The notes beneath the pieces were generated by a model. The model did not search any database and was not told the origin of the DNA. It was given only the letters and a program-made list of their open reading frames with translations. A program made the translations under genes and the position numbers. Below are positions 1 through 9,729 of a stretch of 64,000 bases of DNA, piece after piece. Within the stretch, counting starts at the first letter, position 1. Each line of letters starts with the position of its first letter. This DNA is from Acidimicrobiia bacterium (GTDB lineage: Bacteria > Actinomycetota > Acidimicrobiia > Spongiisociales > ZC4RG35): NCBI GenBank assembly GCA_965203555.1, contig CBDBCY010000004.1:2752001-2816000 (forward strand), given 5' to 3'.

Positions 1-808
1 TCCGGGCGGGCAGGGGGGTTCCGTTCTCCAGGCGAGGGTTGCCCAACTGTTGGCTGACCGTGTCGTAGTCGGCGATCACCAACAATCGCACGCCCTGGGA
101 ACCACCGTCTTTTCCTTCCCGGGTGACCAGTTCGGCCAGGGCGTCGGCCATCCGCTGACCCGCAGTGGCCCGATTCCGAGGGTCTTCTTTGTGCCATAGT
201 TGGTTCATCATGTGAGACACCGCCGTCTCGACCCGAGCGCCGGTCACGGGGTCGAACCGCCCATACAGAACGGTCATTCCGTCATCCTGGTCGGTAGTGA
301 TCTTGGCGAACCGCCGGGAACGCTGATGCTCCAACCTCGACACACCGTCATCCTCGGAACGCTTCTGTTCGTGTTTGCGGACCATGCGGGCGAACTTGTC
401 CGGAGACTGGGAACGGGCACCGTCCAACAATTCGTCTTCGTTGATGGTTCCCCGACTGTTGGCGCCCGCCAGGATACGGGCGTTGTCAGCAGAAATCTCT
501 CCTTTTTGGAAACCCTCCCTCGTTTTGGGCAGTTCCTCCAATTCTTTGGCGGTCTCCACCTCCGTTCGGGCCTTCCGTCGGCCCAACAGCCCGTCTTCTC
601 GCAATATCGTTTCTACCTTCTCCGATCCTTGGCGGCGGCGCAACTCCGACACTGCTTCGGCGCGGACCGCGGCGGCTTGGTTCTGGGCGCGGATGGTGGA
701 CTGTATACGCTGCCGTAACTGCTCGGACGTAGCCCCGGCCGCTGGCAGGGAGGGTGCCAGCAGACGCACCCGGTTGGTGGAGTGCCCGTTCACAGATTCT
801 TTGTTCAT
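1..808 (-). CDS. DUF222 / 13E12-repeat family protein (usually HNH endonuclease), 3' end outside window
   Basis: Not in the ORF track. Manual translation from ATG 808 is open to the window edge: MNKESVNGH...FQKGEISADNARIL...GMTVLYGRFDPVTGARV...QRMADALAELV, typical of DUF222 proteins. HNH motif not visible in window. Confidence 0.75.
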   Translation of the reverse strand, partial: MNKESVNGHSTNRVRLLAPSLPAAGATSEQLRQRIQSTIRAQNQAAAVRAEAVSELRRRQGSEKVETILREDGLLGRRKARTEVETAKELEELPKTREGFQKGEISADNARILAGANSRGTINEDELLDGARSQSPDKFARMVRKHEQKRSEDDGVSRLEHQRSRRFAKITTDQDDGMTVLYGRFDPVTGARVETAVSHMMNQLWHKEDPRNRATAGQRMADALAELVTREGKDGGSQGVRLLVIADYDTVSQQLGNPRLENGTPLPAR

Positions 809-1128
809 GTCTACCAGTATGCAAGGGGGGTGTGACAACCACTCCTGTATATCACTAAGTTGTGAAAACAAACACTAAAAAGTTTCGCAACGTCCATCTT
901 GGCTCGACAGCTGCCGAAAGACACCCGACCCACCGGGCGCTTCGTGAAACCGGCCTCTCGGTCGGTTAAGGTTCCTCCCTCACATCACCTCCGCTCTCAA
1001 CCACAACACCCCACCCAGTGTGAACACGCCCTGGTGAAACGCCAGTTCCCGTTGATAGCCGCCGTCGTGGATAGTGATAGTCTCATAGAGGCAAGCCGAG
1101 GCGGGCCGATCGTGAGGGATTTGACAGA

Positions 1129-1776
1129 ATGGAGTTGTCGCAAGTCATGCGCACCATGTCGGGAGTCCGGCTCTACCTGCCCCAGGACGTTCCCGACGAG
1201 GTGATCTACGCAGCCCTGGACGATGCCCGGTTCGCTCCGAGCGGCGGCAACCGTCAGCCGTGGCGGGTGGTGGTGGTCCGCGACCCGGACATGCGCCGGA
1301 AGGTGAGCGAGATCAGTTCCCGGGAGTGGATGGTCTACACAGCCAAGTGGTATCCCTCTCCCGAGGACATCACTCCCGCCAAGGCGAGGAAACTTCAGGA
1401 AGGGACCGACTATCACGCCAACATGCACCAGGCGCCGGTGCATCTGTTCGTCTGGGCCGAACTGGAGGCGCTGGCTCTCATGGACCGTCACCTCGATCGG
1501 GTCAGCTTCGTGGGCGGAGGGTCCGTTTACCCCTTCGTGCAGAACCTGCAACTGGCTCTCTCCGCCCGCGGGGTGGGGTCTCGCATCACCTCGCTGGCAG
1601 TGCCCGCCGAGGCGGAGTGGGCGGAGATGATGTCCGTTCCCGGAGGCTACGGGCTGGCGGCGGTGATGACCATCGGGTATCCGGAGTGGAAAGCCACCCG
1701 TCTGTCCCGCAATCCGGTGTCCAGCTTTGCCCGGCACGAGTCTTTCGACGGGCCACCACTCGCCAATCCCCACTAG
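1129..1776 (+). CDS. nitroreductase family protein
   Basis: Motif ARFAPSGGNRQPWRVVVVRD, QNLQLALSARGVGS and C-terminal IGYP. Confidence 0.9.
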   Translation: MELSQVMRTMSGVRLYLPQDVPDEVIYAALDDARFAPSGGNRQPWRVVVVRDPDMRRKVSEISSREWMVYTAKWYPSPEDITPAKARKLQEGTDYHANMHQAPVHLFVWAELEALALMDRHLDRVSFVGGGSVYPFVQNLQLALSARGVGSRITSLAVPAEAEWAEMMSVPGGYGLAAVMTIGYPEWKATRLSRNPVSSFARHESFDGPPLANPH

Positions 1777-1791
1777 GAGGTGACAAACCGA

Positions 1792-2736
1792 ATGGATGTC
1801 ATGAAGCATTGGCCTTCCGACCAGTGGCCCGGGCACTCCGGCAACTGGGGCCGCTGGCCCAACGACCTGGGCACTCTCAATCTGCTGACCCCCGAGGCGA
1901 CTCTGCGGGGGGCGGCGGCGGTGCGGACTGGAAAGACCCTTCCTCTCTCCCGGCCTCTCGACCTGAAGGAGACCCACCAACGCTACACCGACCCGTTCGT
2001 GGTGCACGAGATCATCAAGGCCGATGAGGGGGGATACGAGGAGGGGGACCTCACCCAGTCGGCCGCCGACCGGCTGTCGACCCGGGTGCACGGCATGACT
2101 CACACCCACATCGACGCCCTGGCTCACATGGGATATCGCGGTCGCACCTTCAACGGTCATTTTTTTCCCGACGTGGTGACGATGTCCGAGGGAGTGAAGA
2201 TTGCCGAGATGGACATCACGCCCATGGCGGCCGTCGCCACCCGGGCGGTGTTCATAGACGTCGCCCGGCGTCGGGGCATTGAGGCGCTGGATCCGGGCGA
2301 TTCGGTGATGCCCGAAGAATTGGAGTACGCCCTGGACAGGATCGAACCGGGCGACGCGGTGGTGATCCGCATCGGCGGGACCATCAGGGTGGGGAAGGCG
2401 GCCACCGAGTTGAGCGAGCACGGGACCTGGCATCACGGGACCTGGGCGGGAATGGACACCGACTGCGTCGACGTGCTGGCCTCCCGGGACGTCAGCATGG
2501 TGGCCACCGACTCCCCGGCGGACACCTTCCCCCATCGTCACGAGGCCTACTGCCGCAGCCCGGTCCACGTCCTGGCGGAGGTGTTCTACGGGCTGCCCCT
2601 GATCCACAACATGGACCTGGAGGTCCTGGGCGCCGAATGCGCCCGCACCGGACAGGACACCTTCCTTTTCACGGTCAATCCGCTCAATCTGCCCAAGGGA
2701 ACCGGATCGCTGGTCACCCCGATGGCTGTGCTCTGA
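1792..2736 (+). CDS. cyclase family (kynurenine formamidase-like) metal hydrolase
   Basis: NWGRW..DLGTLN, HGMTHTHIDALAH, and C-terminal PLNLPKGTGSLVTPMA. AGGAGG lies upstream of ATG 1792; alternative start GTG 1780. Confidence 0.85.
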   Translation: MDVMKHWPSDQWPGHSGNWGRWPNDLGTLNLLTPEATLRGAAAVRTGKTLPLSRPLDLKETHQRYTDPFVVHEIIKADEGGYEEGDLTQSAADRLSTRVHGMTHTHIDALAHMGYRGRTFNGHFFPDVVTMSEGVKIAEMDITPMAAVATRAVFIDVARRRGIEALDPGDSVMPEELEYALDRIEPGDAVVIRIGGTIRVGKAATELSEHGTWHHGTWAGMDTDCVDVLASRDVSMVATDSPADTFPHRHEAYCRSPVHVLAEVFYGLPLIHNMDLEVLGAECARTGQDTFLFTVNPLNLPKGTGSLVTPMAVL

Positions 2737-3887
2737 TGGGCGCCGAACGCGGATACATCCAGACCGTCCTCGGCCCCATCGCCCCCGAGCAGGCGGGCGT
2801 CTCCCTGATCCACGAGCATGTGCTGCTGGATCTCACCAAGGGGATCACCGGGGTGGAGCAGTACAAGACCGGCGCCAAGAAGTACGTGCCGATCATGCGC
2901 CGGCCCGAGGCGGGCTGGGAACCGGGGGAGGAGGGTCCCGGGACCGCCGCCTCCTGGGGCGCCAAGTGGGGACAGCCCGTCACCTTGGAGAACCTCAACG
3001 ACCGCCAGAAGCACTGGGTCTACTACGGTGATCAGAAACTTGATTCCATCGACGACGCCATCTACGAGTTCGACCAGTTCCGCCGGGTGGGAGGGTCCAC
3101 CATCGTGGATCAGACCACCCGCGGCATGGGCCGCGATCCCCTCGGCCTGGTGGAGATCTCCCGGGCCACCGGGGTGCACGTCGTCATGGCCACCGGCTGG
3201 TACCTGGCCGACTATCACCCCCCCGACATGGACGAACTCTCCGAGGAACGGCTGGTGGAATTGATGGTCCGCGACATAGAGGTGGGGGTGGCTGGCGGAG
3301 TCAAGGCCGGCATCATCGGAGAGGTGGGGATGGACCACCCCATGCACCCCAACGAGGAGAAGGTGCTGAGAGCCTCGGCCAAGGCTTCGGTCGCCACGGG
3401 AGTTACGCTGTCGGTGCATCCGGGGTTCAATCCGGCATCGCCTTTCGACATTGTCAGAGTGGTGGACGAGGCCGGCGGAGATCTGAGCCGCACCATCATC
3501 GACCACTGCGACAGCCGGTTCAACACCTCGGCAGGCACCAACGTCTTCGACAGCGCACCGCTTCTCAAGATGGCCAGGACCGGCGTCTACCTGGCGTTCG
3601 ACACTTTCGGCTGGGAGGGATCGTTCCGCCAGCGCGCCCCGGTCGACCAGCCCAACGACGCCATCCGCCTCAACTGGCTCAAAGCAGTGGCCGACGCCGG
3701 GTATCCCGACCGGGTGCTGGTCTCCTCCGACATCGCCCTGAAGCACTGGCTGCGCCGCTACGGCGGCCACGGCTGGCGCCATCTGCCCGAGACGGTCCGC
3801 AACCTGATGCGCTACAAGGGCTTCGGAGAAGACCTGATCCACCAGATATTCGTGGACAACCCCCGAGAGGTGCTCACCAAGATTTGA
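2736..3887 (+). CDS. phosphotriesterase-related amidohydrolase
   Basis: IQTVLGPI, HEHV, GRDP, GIIGEVG, SVHPG, IIDHCD, LVSSDI. ATG overlaps the upstream TGA. Confidence 0.9.
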   Translation: MGAERGYIQTVLGPIAPEQAGVSLIHEHVLLDLTKGITGVEQYKTGAKKYVPIMRRPEAGWEPGEEGPGTAASWGAKWGQPVTLENLNDRQKHWVYYGDQKLDSIDDAIYEFDQFRRVGGSTIVDQTTRGMGRDPLGLVEISRATGVHVVMATGWYLADYHPPDMDELSEERLVELMVRDIEVGVAGGVKAGIIGEVGMDHPMHPNEEKVLRASAKASVATGVTLSVHPGFNPASPFDIVRVVDEAGGDLSRTIIDHCDSRFNTSAGTNVFDSAPLLKMARTGVYLAFDTFGWEGSFRQRAPVDQPNDAIRLNWLKAVADAGYPDRVLVSSDIALKHWLRRYGGHGWRHLPETVRNLMRYKGFGEDLIHQIFVDNPREVLTKI

Positions 3888-4203
3888 CCCCGCAGGTCCC
3901 GGTCTCGGCGGTCCGACTTTCGCCCCGGGCCGGCAGAGCTTGACCCCGGCCTGTCCGGGCGTTTGTCGATCGAGGCTACGTCCTGTCTCCAAATCCGCCT
4001 GCAAGTCGACCTTCTCGAAATGGGCCGCCAAGATGGGGCGATGAACGCCGGCAACCCGCGTTGACAGAGCCGTACCAGTGCTGCGGGTGTGGCTTCTGTA
4101 TCACAGAATTCGGACCGCGTTCCGAGGGGTTTTGCGGGATAGCACCCGTCAACATGAATCCGGCGCCCCCGATCTGCTGGTGAAGACCCCGCGCCTTCGC
4201 CGA

Positions 4204-5076
4204 TCAGTCAGGGTCCTTGGAGGCCAGTAGTTCTTCGATACGGTCCAAGCGCTGGCCGACCGCATCCAGCCGCTCGTTGACGGAATGGATTTCTTGGCGT
4301 AGTTCCCTCTTGTAGTTGCCCTCCACGAAGTGGGCTGCGACGGTGGCAGTGGTGAAGGACAGCACACCAATGCCCGACAGCATCAGGAGGGCCGCGGTGA
4401 CCCGGCCTCCGATGGTCACCGGAGTGATGTCGCCGTAACCCACCGTTGTCAACGTAACCAATGCCCACCACATGCCTTCGACCGGGTGATGGTCTTCGAA
4501 TACAGAGTAAAGGGAGCCTGCGCTCACCGCCAGACTACCGAACAGCACCAGCACCAATCCCAAAACTCGCATTCTCAGCAGCGGGCCGAGGATGTACATC
4601 CACGGATGCCGGGCAACCGCCAGCAGGCGGAATAAGACATGCTTGAGAAGGCGATACAGAGTCACGCAACTGTGGATGAGCACGGCCACCAGCACTATGA
4701 AGCGCAGCGCTCGAAAGGCGTCTTCCCCCACGGAACCGGAGAACGCCCCGGTCAGGAGGGGGTAGGCAAAAGGGATCACCGACAGGTGCAGCCAGGCTGT
4801 GCGCAGGTAGGCCCGCCGATTGTCGGCGAGGGAGAACAGCAATACGAATTCAAGGAAGAAGGCCGACCAGACGATCCAGTTGATGACAACCGCCACCCGG
4901 GCGGGCCATCCGTCGGTGGCGACCAATTCGAATACGAACATCGGCAGCACGGCCAGCGCCGACAACATTACGGGGACTTCCAGCCGACGTTGGACCGCAG
5001 CCGCCCGCGGACCCAGTAGGGCCTCCATCGAGCGGGGGTCCTCCGACAGATGGTCGGGATTGATCAGCGAACTCAA
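4204..5076 (-). CDS. potassium channel family protein
   Basis: Selectivity filter TTVGYGD, several TM helices, C-terminal coiled coil. Start may be ATG 5028. Confidence 0.9.
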   Translation of the reverse strand: MSSLINPDHLSEDPRSMEALLGPRAAAVQRRLEVPVMLSALAVLPMFVFELVATDGWPARVAVVINWIVWSAFFLEFVLLFSLADNRRAYLRTAWLHLSVIPFAYPLLTGAFSGSVGEDAFRALRFIVLVAVLIHSCVTLYRLLKHVLFRLLAVARHPWMYILGPLLRMRVLGLVLVLFGSLAVSAGSLYSVFEDHHPVEGMWWALVTLTTVGYGDITPVTIGGRVTAALLMLSGIGVLSFTTATVAAHFVEGNYKRELRQEIHSVNERLDAVGQRLDRIEELLASKDPD

Positions 5077-5151
5077 TTCGGAACGGAATATACCGCGTCC
5101 ACCAGCGTTTTGCGGCAGTTGCCCTCCGGCCGCCCCTCTCCTGGCCGGGAC

Positions 5152-5844
5152 CTACCTGGAGGCCAGCAGGGTGAGGATCCGGGCAGTGGGAAGGACCCGG
5201 GCGTATTTGGCGTCGAGGTCGGCAAGGCTGACCAGATGACTGAGAGAGACCCGGTCGAAACAGGCGTCTTCCGCCACCAGCATCTCGAATCCATGGGATG
5301 ATCCGTCCACGGCGGTCGCCCTCACGCATCCCGAGGTGGTCCCCCCGGCCACCACCAGGCTGTCGCATCCGCGATGAATCAGCGAGGAAACCAGGGGAGT
5401 GCCGAAAAAGGCGCTGGCCTTGGGCTTTCGGAGCACCCATTCGTCCGCTCGGGGTTCCAGGGCCGAAATGACCTGGCGGCCCTCGGGAACATCGGCGGTG
5501 GTGGTGCCCCGGGTAACCGGACCGGTCCAGCGCTGCCTCCCATCCGGCGTGGTGAAGATCACCGGCCGACCAGCAGAACGGAACGCCTCCAGCAACCTTC
5601 CGATGGCCGGGACAGCCGCCCAGGCCTTTTCCCCACACGCCTGCCGCCACGTTTTCTGAGCTTCGGCAACCGGCAGGTTGGGACCCACGAACGCTTCGGT
5701 GACATCCACCACCAACAGCGCGGGCGACATACCCGCAAAAGGCGCCCGCATCCGCGAGTACGCCGATAGGCTGGCGGCGTCCTCGGCGCCGAGCACCTCC
5801 CTCCAGTCGCCGGACTCGGGAAGAGGTCGGTTGAATTGGTCCAT
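5152..5844 (-). CDS. isochorismatase-family cysteine hydrolase (maleamate/N-carbamoylsarcosine amidase-like)
   Basis: ALLVVDV, KPKASAFFGT, GGTTSGCVRATAVD. Confidence 0.9.
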   Translation of the reverse strand: MDQFNRPLPESGDWREVLGAEDAASLSAYSRMRAPFAGMSPALLVVDVTEAFVGPNLPVAEAQKTWRQACGEKAWAAVPAIGRLLEAFRSAGRPVIFTTPDGRQRWTGPVTRGTTTADVPEGRQVISALEPRADEWVLRKPKASAFFGTPLVSSLIHRGCDSLVVAGGTTSGCVRATAVDGSSHGFEMLVAEDACFDRVSLSHLVSLADLDAKYARVLPTARILTLLASR

Positions 5845-6048
5845 CAGTACAGAAACCTTACCGGCACCGGGTCAGGGAGAATTCGGCCGGTCCGTCAATG
5901 GAAACAGGCGTCCTCAGCGTGATGCCTGCTCGCTTCGCTGAGAATATCCGAGCCTGTTGCAAGAGCAGGACACTCTCCGAATTCCGACAGCGCCCCGACC
6001 GTCAAACCCGAATAGCAAAGGTGAACCGGATGCCGTATCCTGTGGGGC

Positions 6049-6124
6049 GGGGCCGTAGCTCAATTGGCAGAGCAACGGGCTTTTAACCCGGAGGTCGTGG
6101 GTTCGATTCCCACCGGCCCCACCA
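6049..6124 (+). tRNA. trnK: tRNA-Lys (TTT)
   Basis: Acceptor GGGGCCG/CGGCCCC+ACCA, D arm TAGCTCAATTGGCAGAGC, anticodon loop CT-TTT-AA, T arm GTGGG-TTCGATT-CCCAC; 76 nt. Confidence 0.97.
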
Positions 6125-6164
6125 ACCAAACCAGTCTGCCAAACCGGGGGAGCCTCATGTCCCG

Positions 6165-6256
6165 AATCGTGATATCCCCCAGGTTTTGATCGTGATGTCC
6201 TTCCCGCACCCCTGCTAAGCCCCAGGTCAGGGGGTAGTGGGGCAGCATCCCACCAC
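6165..6256 (+). repeat. ~90-bp dispersed element, copy 1
   Basis: AATCGTGATATCC..GATCGTGATGTCC (23-bp period), CCCCAGGTCAGGGG, then a GTGGG/CCCAC hairpin. Aligns with 24102 and 30618. Confidence 0.8.
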
Positions 6257-6410
6257 ACACGGGAGTTCTTCAAAGGAGGTCCGACTAATCGCGGGATGCG
6301 CCCTGATCCTTCGCTAGTGTGTTGTTTCGCGAGTGAGAATATTTCGCCTACATGTCTTGGTCCCACCGCTCTGGGATTGTGTCTGATTGGAATAGGGCGG
6401 CTACGGCGTT

Positions 6411-9400
6411 GTGAGCGGTAACACACCGGAGTTCCACTATGGGCAAAGGGTGCGGTTGCCCGGTGAGAAGGGCATCGCGACAGTGGAGAGCCAAACACGA
6501 GCCGGAAACAAGACATTGTTGATCGTCTCCGGTCCTGATGGGGAATTGGGCAAGAGGTTTTTCAGTGCGGAGGAGTTCCGGCAGGTACGGGAAGTGACAG
6601 AGGACGGCTCGGCTTCTCCGGAGGTGGTCTTGGCGGGTCTTTGGGCGGAACGGATGATGGCTTCGGTTCGGTCTGCTACTTCCACGGTGCTGGCATCCAG
6701 CGTGTTGCGTCCCTACCCACATCAGATGTCCGCCGTGTACGGGCGAATGTTGCCCCAAGCTCGGTTGAGGTTCCTGTTGGCCGACGAACCCGGAACCGGC
6801 AAAACGATCATGTCTGGTCTTTGGCTGCGCGAAGCTCAGCGTTTGGGCATGGTGAAACGCGCATTGGTGGTGTGCCCTGCTCACTTGGTTCAAAAGTGGC
6901 AGGCCGACTTCGACCGGTTCTTCGGTGGTGGTCTTCGGGAGATCACTCTTGAGACCGTCCGACAGGGGGTTCTTTCTCTTTCGAAGCACACAACATGGGT
7001 GGTGTCGATGCACAGAGCCGCCATAAACCCGGCTGTGTTGGAGGGTATCCATCCCGACGAAGCCGGGTGGGACGCGGTCGTTGTTGACGAGGCCCATCGT
7101 ATGACTCCCACCGCGGAGACTTTCCACAATGTGGGAGAAGTGCTGTCGAAAGCTCCCCATGCGTTGTTTCTCACAGCCACGCCGCATCGAGGCAAAGAGT
7201 GGCTGTTCCAAGACCTGTTGAACCTGGTCGACCCGGAAGTGTTTCCACCCGGCGAACCGCCGCCTCGGGGAAGGCAACCTCGCAAAGTCGCGCGTCGGAA
7301 ACTGAGACCCGGACCGGTTCACTTCCTGCGACGCATGAAGGAGTCGCTGGTGGACTACGACAAACAGCGGAAGCTGTTCAAACCTCGAGAAGCCAACAAC
7401 GTCAAGGTACTCCTGAACGGTGTCGAGCAGGACTTCCATGACCGGGCGTTGACGCTAGTAGGCGACTTCTTTCCTCCCGAGGCCCGCCCGCTGGCAAGTC
7501 TCGTGTATGGCAAAAGAACAGCATCGTCGCTCCAGGCGCTGTCTAGGACCCTTCACCGCCGACACGAGAAAATGGGTATCGACCCCACCGCTCCGGTCGG
7601 CGAAAACTGGTATGACGAATCCGAGGACGACGGCGGCGAAGGGCGGATAGAGGGAGTCAAATCAACCGACGCCAAGGGAGAGAAAAAAGCAATTCTTGGG
7701 TTGTTGGGCGAGTTGGAACCCCTGCTCGGCCCCGGGTTGGCGGTGTCGAAGTGGGAACCCATGGTCAACAGCTGTTTGATTCCCCACGACGTCACTCCCG
7801 GCAGCGACAGGCAGGTGGTGGTCTTCACCGAATACGCCGACACCGCCGATTGGCTGGTCGACAAATTCGAGGATGCCGGATATACCAGCCGTCGCTACTC
7901 GGGGGCCGACGACCATCTCACCAGAGCCAAGACCCAGGCGAACTTCCGAGAAGGCGAGTTCCAAGTGTTGGTATCCACCGACGCCGGTAACGAAGGAATT
8001 GACCTCCAAACAGCCAACGTCCTAGTCAACTGGGACATTCCATGGTCGCTGGTTCGCTTGGAACAGCGACTTGGACGTATTCACCGCATCGGACAGCAAC
8101 AAAAGGCCTGGTTTTACAACCTGGTGGCATTAGGCACCCTCGAGGGTCAGGCTCACGAGAAACTGTTGGACAATTTGGTCAAAGCGGCCAACCAACTGGA
8201 TGGGAGAATCTTCGACAGTCTCAACGCTGTTATGGAACGCCTGGGCATGCCCGACCGTTTCGACATTCCGGGCGCAGCGACCGAGGACGAGATGATACGC
8301 ACATTCAACGACATGCGCACCGAAACCGAGCACCTCGAAAGCGACATCGACCTCGACCTGGCGAACACCGCCCGCAAATCCGAACTGCTACAGCGAATCG
8401 AACCCGACACGGTAGAACGGTTCCTTGACCGGCTGGACACCGCTAAGTTGGTCACCCTCGGTTCGGTGCCAATAGCCGACCACGGCTTCTACTATCTGAC
8501 CCCTGTCGGATGGGAACTTCCCCCCGGGTTCCGGACCGAAACGGGCGGAAGGGCTCTAGTGACCGCCAGAGAGAAACTACGCCAAATACTCATCGACGGG
8601 GGAAACCAAAGAGCCGAGAAAGCGACCCTTCTCACTCCCAGCCGCGCGGTATTCCACCGGTTCACACAAGCGATCCGGGAACGCACCGAAGCGGCCATGT
8701 GGCAAGGAACCGTCCTCTCCGACCCGTCCGCCCACGAGGACTACACGCTGTTTGCCTACGAAACCACCCTCCAAACCGGACACCAGAGCGGAACCGAGGA
8801 AGTGTCGTGGCTGATTGGCGTTGACCGGCACGGCATCGCCAATAGGGTGGCGTGGGAGACGCTCCCCAACCTTGCTTCCCCAACCGACTCCGCTCCCAAA
8901 CCCCTTGACCCAAAGACCGAGGCGTTAGCGGCGGAACATGCCGACCAGCTGGCCGCCGACGAAACCGAGAAACGCAAAACGAAAGCCCAAAAATGGGCAA
9001 CCCGGCTGAGGCGGGAACTGCGGGACTTGCCCAACGTAACCACCGAGCACATCCCCGACCTACAAACCCGCATCAAGCAAAGAAAACAACTGGATGCGAA
9101 CATCCGAGACAGAATCCGGGAAGCCAAACAACAGGCGGATATCAGTCACACGCAACCCCGCCGGCTGGGATGGGCACATGTGATAGCCGGTCGGCAAATA
9201 GAAAAGCATGCTGACAGCGAAACCGTGGCCATGCGCCATGTGACCCGCCTGCTCGAACAGGACGGATTCGTCGTCGACGACGTCCACACCGAAAACATAG
9301 GCTTTGACCTTCTCGCGGACCGGGGCGCCGAGCAACGCTGCGTCGAAGTAAAAGGCCGCGCCGGATCCGCATTTAAGGGCATCGAACTCACCGGCGGAGA

Positions 9401-9596
9401 ACTGGAAGCGGCCCGTCTCATGGGAGACGAATACTGGCTATACGTTGTGGAACATTGCGAAGACGGAACCGGTACCCTGTTCGAAGCGTGGCAAAACCCC
9501 GAAAAGGTTTTCCGTGACAAGTTCAAACCCGTACCCGTGGTGCGGCTACCGGGAAGCGCCCTGAAAGCTGCCCAGAACAGATCGAACAACCACTGA
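6411..9596 (+). CDS. SNF2-family helicase with C-terminal DUF3883 (NOV) PD-(D/E)xK nuclease
   Basis: LLADEPGTGKT, VVDEAH, LTATPH, STDAGNEGIDLQ, EQRLGRIHRIGQ; C-terminal GFDL..RCVEVKG..ELTGGE..YWLYVV. Confidence 0.92.
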   Translation: MSGNTPEFHYGQRVRLPGEKGIATVESQTRAGNKTLLIVSGPDGELGKRFFSAEEFRQVREVTEDGSASPEVVLAGLWAERMMASVRSATSTVLASSVLRPYPHQMSAVYGRMLPQARLRFLLADEPGTGKTIMSGLWLREAQRLGMVKRALVVCPAHLVQKWQADFDRFFGGGLREITLETVRQGVLSLSKHTTWVVSMHRAAINPAVLEGIHPDEAGWDAVVVDEAHRMTPTAETFHNVGEVLSKAPHALFLTATPHRGKEWLFQDLLNLVDPEVFPPGEPPPRGRQPRKVARRKLRPGPVHFLRRMKESLVDYDKQRKLFKPREANNVKVLLNGVEQDFHDRALTLVGDFFPPEARPLASLVYGKRTASSLQALSRTLHRRHEKMGIDPTAPVGENWYDESEDDGGEGRIEGVKSTDAKGEKKAILGLLGELEPLLGPGLAVSKWEPMVNSCLIPHDVTPGSDRQVVVFTEYADTADWLVDKFEDAGYTSRRYSGADDHLTRAKTQANFREGEFQVLVSTDAGNEGIDLQTANVLVNWDIPWSLVRLEQRLGRIHRIGQQQKAWFYNLVALGTLEGQAHEKLLDNLVKAANQLDGRIFDSLNAVMERLGMPDRFDIPGAATEDEMIRTFNDMRTETEHLESDIDLDLANTARKSELLQRIEPDTVERFLDRLDTAKLVTLGSVPIADHGFYYLTPVGWELPPGFRTETGGRALVTAREKLRQILIDGGNQRAEKATLLTPSRAVFHRFTQAIRERTEAAMWQGTVLSDPSAHEDYTLFAYETTLQTGHQSGTEEVSWLIGVDRHGIANRVAWETLPNLASPTDSAPKPLDPKTEALAAEHADQLAADETEKRKTKAQKWATRLRRELRDLPNVTTEHIPDLQTRIKQRKQLDANIRDRIREAKQQADISHTQPRRLGWAHVIAGRQIEKHADSETVAMRHVTRLLEQDGFVVDDVHTENIGFDLLADRGAEQRCVEVKGRAGSAFKGIELTGGELEAARLMGDEYWLYVVEHCEDGTGTLFEAWQNPEKVFRDKFKPVPVVRLPGSALKAAQNRSNNH

Positions 9597-9729
9597 CCCG
9601 TTGCAATTCCCGCGTAGGCTTTCACCATTAGTGTCTTGTGGCAAAATATATGCCAGTGAACCACCCACCTACCGACGAGGTACACATTTCAAATCGGTGC
9701 TTGCCGGAGACGCATCAAGGAGTGGGACT

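Noticed and set aside
997-4031. Long antisense ORFs (997-2607, 2586-4031; similarly 51521-52831, 56870-58180)
   Set aside because: Shadow frames of well-supported genes in high-GC DNA, with no motifs.
6153-6165. Tn7-like end (TGT at 6158) with candidate TSD CCTCA
   Set aside because: No inverted partner end followed by CCTCA and no tns genes were found; kept only as an alternative hypothesis.
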